A DNA stretch of 64,000 bases from assembly GCA_051294905.1 (NCBI GenBank), contig CM119375.1:992001-1056000 (forward strand), given 5' to 3'. The first letter of the stretch is position 1, and every line of letters starts with the position of its first letter. This document shows positions 58,984 to 64,000 of the stretch, piece by piece. The notes beneath the pieces were generated by a model, which had not been told where the DNA came from, did not search any database, and worked only from the letters and a program-made list of their open reading frames with translations. The translations under genes and the position numbers were made by a program. The DNA comes from Botryllus schlosseri (taxonomy: Eukaryota).

Positions 58984-61375
58984 TTAACTGCACAGAGCGA
59001 GAGGGCGAATATCGGATATGTCACGCCACGTCCGCACACCAAACAATCCGCTGCTGATCTTCTGTCGAAATATTGCTTTGATTTGATCAGCGTGTCGAAT
59101 CGCTTCTGATTCAGCCAAGATTTCCTGTTATTCTGCAATCCGCATAGTGACGCAATACGACCTCATTGTATAGATAACTAACCGTAGGTTAGTTATCTAT
59201 ACTCATTGGCAATCACCTGAGTCACTGATGCATGAACTTTCGGACGGCGAAAACCAGAAGTAAAATTGTTGGTTACTAACGTGTCTGTCTGTAATGTCTG
59301 TATGTAATGTCTGTAGGCCTACACCAAGCTTGGCTCGTTTCGCATTACAGTTCTCCTGTAGCGTTTTCAGAAAAAAACCGAAATTATAGATTACAATTAA
59401 AATGAGACCACATCAATATTTCACAAGTTAGATTAGAATTAGATTTCGCTCCAATCAGTCTAATCAGACATGACTAGAATTATCTTGATGTCCATTGTCC
59501 ATGTCTTATTTCACGTACGTATCTTGTTGTATAAAATTCCACATCCTCGCCAGCAAAGCGGTTCAGAAATTGTAAGGCCCAATCCGACATCGAGAAGCGC
59601 TCCTTCTGCCGCATTCTCCGAACAACTTCCGATATTGTCGCGGGTCGGCCGAGACTAAACGATAAAAACTTCACATTGCGCTCTACGTCACCCATCAGGT
59701 GACCACAAGCCTTGTTTTGCGAAACACTCAATCGGCAGGGTCGTGTTGTTTGCCAGCAAGGGAGTATCACTTTCAGAAAATGAATTATGTTAGGTGTTAC
59801 AGTTGAACTTCCAGCCCAGTGTATTTTGTTGGTATTGCTAGGCGTGTGACGATGAAGGCTGGACTCTGGACACAGTGATTGTACTCGTACACTGTGGAAG
59901 CCTTGAAACCTCGATTGATCGTATCTCATCATACGAAACGTATCTAGTACAAAGCTACGTAGGTTAGTGGAAAGGACAGTCTGTGAAAACAACTCACAGC
60001 ATTATCACAAAGTGCAATGGAATAGGCATGGTGTAAATTAAAGCTACCAAATTATATATAATACGATGTAACAGATGGCATTATATTCTTCGTGGTCGCA
60101 TAAGAACTCTCCACTTTTTCCATATTGTTGTGACGTCGTAATGGGTGATAGCCTGAGCCTAAGACTCTATTCAGAAAAGTGGTGACTGGTGAGGTGACAG
60201 TCGTCCACTCGCTCAGCGCCATCGTCTGCAATCAGCGTTACCAGTATCAGGTTCAGTTCAGTGTATTAGTAATCTCATCACTTCAAAACACCAAAAGCTT
60301 TCGATACAATGAAAAAATGTACGAAGGAGTCGAAACGACTTGGAGTATAGGTTTTTAATCGGTCACCCACCTTAGCTTAGCCTTACAACATTGAAATAAG
60401 AGGCATGCACTGCACAGTGCACATTGCACACTGAATGAAAGTAACAGAAGATAACATTCAAAGAACAAGTGATGAAAATAAAGTCGCATGTCTCGGTAGG
60501 CGGCATAAATATGTCACCCCATGTCGTCTGGCAATTCTAGAGCACAGAGTACTAAACTTCAAAATACATTTGAATAAAGTATTCATATCTATAAAATAAA
60601 GTTTTGACTGTTCGCAATATAGATGACGGTAACCCCTGATTAAGTGTCTGCTCGAAAAGCTTTGGGAATAAATATGATTATACTATTCGAAAAGAATAGT
60701 ATTCATTCCCGTGATTCTCAACTATGGGCTGCCTATTCAACTGCTGAGGGGTGCCGCGAGAATATGAGGCAAGGAAAATATAAGGCTGTCGTTAACATAA
60801 AACAAAAATGAATGACATTCAAGTTCTACTGTAAGTAGGATTTGGGTGCTCGAAGTGCACTCTTAGCGAAAAAGAGTGTGCATTTCCTCCCGTATCGATA
60901 GAAAACAGAACCTATCTGAGAATTCAGAAACCCCGTTGTCGCAGTGTCGATTCAATGTTTCACCTGACTTGTTATCGATTGAACAGCATTTCCTTATTTG
61001 TGTGTTTTAATTTAGACCCAATTTTAGCCAATCGCCATTATCAATCACTGTTTTTACTCCGTTGTATACATTCAACCGCTGGCTTAGTTCTTTTGGAAGA
61101 GACTCTTTGGGGCACAGAACTCCAGTATACAATTGATTGGTATATTGGTATTGAAGTATATAAGAATATTTTCGGTTGACACTCGTCAAGGATAATCGCC
61201 AGCAACTATAGTAGAGAATTGAAAAGAATATTCTACACCTATTCTCTAAGTTCATGACAATAACCCCTGGCGGGTTGATTTCAATATGAATATATTATTC
61301 AACGGTATCCTACTTTGTGGAAGTGACGGTTCTGATTGACCCATTGTAGCATTGTTATAAATCCTACCTGCCAGC
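58984..61375 (-). CDS. Uncharacterised multi-exon gene candidate; exon set incomplete
   Basis: Phase-consistent 3' exons 59769-59692, 59654-59519, 59124-58984 give DTPLLANNTTLPIECFAKQGLWSPDGLGRPATISEVVRRMRQKERFSMSDWALQFLNRFAGEDVEFYTTRYEILAESEAIRHADQIKAIFRQKISSGLFGVRTWRDISDIRPLALCS*. Possible upstream exons near 61120-61020 (VLCPKESLPKELSQRLNVYNG) and 61375-61350 (MEFEGTLA). No family recognised; upper boundary approximate. Confidence 0.35.
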
Positions 61376-64000
61376 GTTCCTTCGAACTCCATTCGTGATT
61401 ATTCTAATTTGTGGAGCATCATCTGGATTAGAATTTTGTGTTTGATTTATACCGCGGCATAATTATGTGATAGGTTCGGTTTCGTGTACCACCGTTTGGA
61501 TGTGATAGACACTCTTTTCGCTAAGCCTTCAAAGAAATACGAAAACAAACGTTCAATCAAACGTAGTAGTTCTACAGCTTCGACACTTGGAAACTGAGTT
61601 ACCTCGTTTACTAGCTAACATTCTGCGGTCGGCGAATTTGTTTCAACTTGTTACCAATATATTCGACGCCCTATATATTCTGAATCACAAAGGGACTTAT
61701 TTCGTTCAATGATCAAATCAAGAGAACACCCGGAAAATGCAAACGACTGTTAAATCGATAGGTAGTTTTTCTACAGTTTTATATCTATTTCTCTGCGGCG
61801 AATGCATATCGTGTTTATTTAACCGCATTTCTGGATTATGCAAAATGCTGAAAACTGTGTTGCAACTCGTTATTCTGACTCGGTGGCTGTCAGCAGGTCA
61901 GTTCGATTTCACTTTTACGCGTAGACTCCTACCAATTATCAGCTCGACGATAATATCGATTCAATATCACACTTAGAAAGAAATATTGGCATCGGCCAAT
62001 TGAGATTAAAAATATCGGCGATTTTCGTGACGTCACAACATGTTAATAGTGAGTCAGAAACCTCGAATCTGCGACTGCTATATTTGAAATACTGATCTAT
62101 TTCTTATAGCTTACAGAGGTCGTAAATGTAGTTATCATTGGCACTCAAGTAGAAGTAGTAGTAACGTCTTTTATTTTTTCTCAAGCACAAGTAGAACTAG
62201 CTTTTCCAAGTCAGTACACAGTAAGTGTCTTAAGCCTATATTTGACTAAAAACTGAAAACTGGTAAGTAGAAGTACTCTAAAACCGTAGACCTACTAGTT
62301 TCCAGATTCTACTCGAGCACTCCGAAAAAGTAGAAGTGCTTCGTTACTTTGAGTATACGTACTAGCCTACTTGGACAACTAGATAATTATAGCTATCTAA
62401 TTAGACTGAATTGGAGGAAAATTTCGGTAGTCTATTTTTAATCTAATTTGTGAAATGTTTCTATGCTTTAATATCAATTCTAAATTTCTGGTTTCCCGAA
62501 AATTCTACAGGAGAACTACACAGTGCAAAACGAGCCAAAATTTCTGTGTATACATTTGCCATGCTCGTGCTTATGAGGATGAACTCTGATATGAATGGAA
62601 CTGAACTTGATGAAATTTCCGAAATTTCGCTAACTCAATTATCCTAATTCTAGACTAATTTGGAAAATGCTGTGTAGCAATAATTCTAATTCTAATCCAA
62701 TTGGTAAAAGCTGAAAATCTTCTACTTTGTCCAACTCTGGTTCCAAGTAAGTAAAAATGTAATAACAAACGGAAGTAATTTAAAAAACCTTCACTTGACA
62801 GGCTGCAGTAGTTTATAAGCAAAGCTAGTAAAATAAATGCTCTGAAGTTATGGAAATGCGCATTAAGCAAGATGCCATATTTTTAAAAATCGGCGGAATA
62901 TGTTGCAAATTATCGGCTTTGTCGGTGTCGGCTCAAAATACGATATCGGTAGGCTGATCGAATTCCTTGTTTGGAAAGTGAAAACGTGGAACATGTCGTA
63001 ACATCCAGGAAATAATCGCCGATAGATCGGTTTCCGCGCGTTTTCGATAATCGTTTCCGCGCCGTCACAATACTTGTTGTTGTCCGCAATTTATGACGTC
63101 GATACAGTTATTTTAGTCCCAAAAGATGCGCCGCGCGCGCAACGTTCCGAAACGCGGCTTAAAACTACGAAGAACCCAACGTGACTACTAGAAATACGCA
63201 GAAATGTAGAAATGCAAAAAAGTTCCATCTGCATACAAACTATGGAAAAGTCCCTCAATATTTGTTTTTCTTTAAGATTGTCCACACAAAAACGTCACAA
63301 CTGAAAACCAGCCGATTGAACCGTTACCTAGGCCCACCATATATGCTCTTTTATAGCAGAATTTGTCCTGTTTACTCAAGAAAAGTGAATGTTCCTCATA
63401 GGACGATCAAATGTCCTTCTTTTTAGCATTTCGAGTCAGATGCTTATAGCCTACTTTCATCAAAGACTCTTAGGCTAGATGTTACATTTATTTACAAAAT
63501 AAATAGTGGATTTCCAACAAATTGCCGTATAGCTTGATTGTTATTACAAACATTGTTCGACGTTCTGTGCCTTTTTAGATGTGAAGATCTGTTGCCAGTT
63601 CGAGCTTAACAGACTTGTTGGTTGGATCAGTTTAAAACATTTTGACAATTTCAATTATATTTCGCGTAGACAATTTAACGAACTCGTTAATATGATCGTT
63701 CCTTGTTGGAACAATTCAAGAGAGCTTCAAACTATTCATGGGCTGGATCTAAAAAATAAATTTCATTTGTTGTTTTTCTGTCTTTTTTAAAAAAACTTTT
63801 GATTAGCTTTAATTTGTAACTTCACCTGCAACTACCAAAGAAATGTAATATATCATCAAACTAAGACGTAACAATTCCACTTATGTTTTACTTTCCGGCA
63901 AAAACATGGGTGCTAAAATATGGTAGGCCTATAACGTTGCCTATAAAACCGATAGCTGCGGCACTTTCACCGTTAACCCTTACATATTCGGCCGATATTC

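Noticed and set aside
59480-59992. Resemblance of RRMRQKERFSMSDWALQFL to the trehalose-6-phosphate synthase C-terminus; also the full 170-aa ORF
   Set aside because: The similarity is limited to a few residues with no upstream GT20 motifs; the ORF's 5' part runs into a MITE remnant and its 3' part into another.
63091-63790. Short ORFs near the window end
   Set aside because: No motifs or consistent exon chain; the CpG-rich stretch with TGACGTC looks more like a promoter but cannot be supported.

Overview
AT-rich, intron-containing animal genomic DNA, not prokaryotic. An invertebrate chordate such as a tunicate is my inference from gene content and is unproven. I assembled five multi-exon genes by hand with phase-consistent GT-AG introns: (1) a secreted protein with three WSC-like Cys domains (minus, 5801 to 1459, continuing past the window start); (2) OGFOD1/Tpa1 prolyl hydroxylase (plus, 9576-18213, 13 exons); (3) the HECT E3 ligase UBE3C (minus, 47363-19358, 22 exons); (4) a small secreted collagen + F5/8C (discoidin) gene nested antisense in a UBE3C intron (32031-34631); (5) a p24/TMED gene head-to-head with UBE3C (47902-52943). 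There is also a frameshifted C2H2 zinc-finger remnant and a weaker uncharacterised gene candidate at about 59-61.4 kb. Introns are either about 50-70 nt or inflated by many non-autonomous DNA transposons, mostly hAT-type with readable TIRs and 8-bp TSDs. The most notable structures are: a 2.5-kb foldback element made of two inverted transposase 3' ends with a 9-bp TSD; MITEs ending 7-19 nt from splice donors; and one intron that is about 95% MITE and is shifted by 1 nt relative to its paralogous introns. No CRISPR, rRNA or tRNA was recognised.
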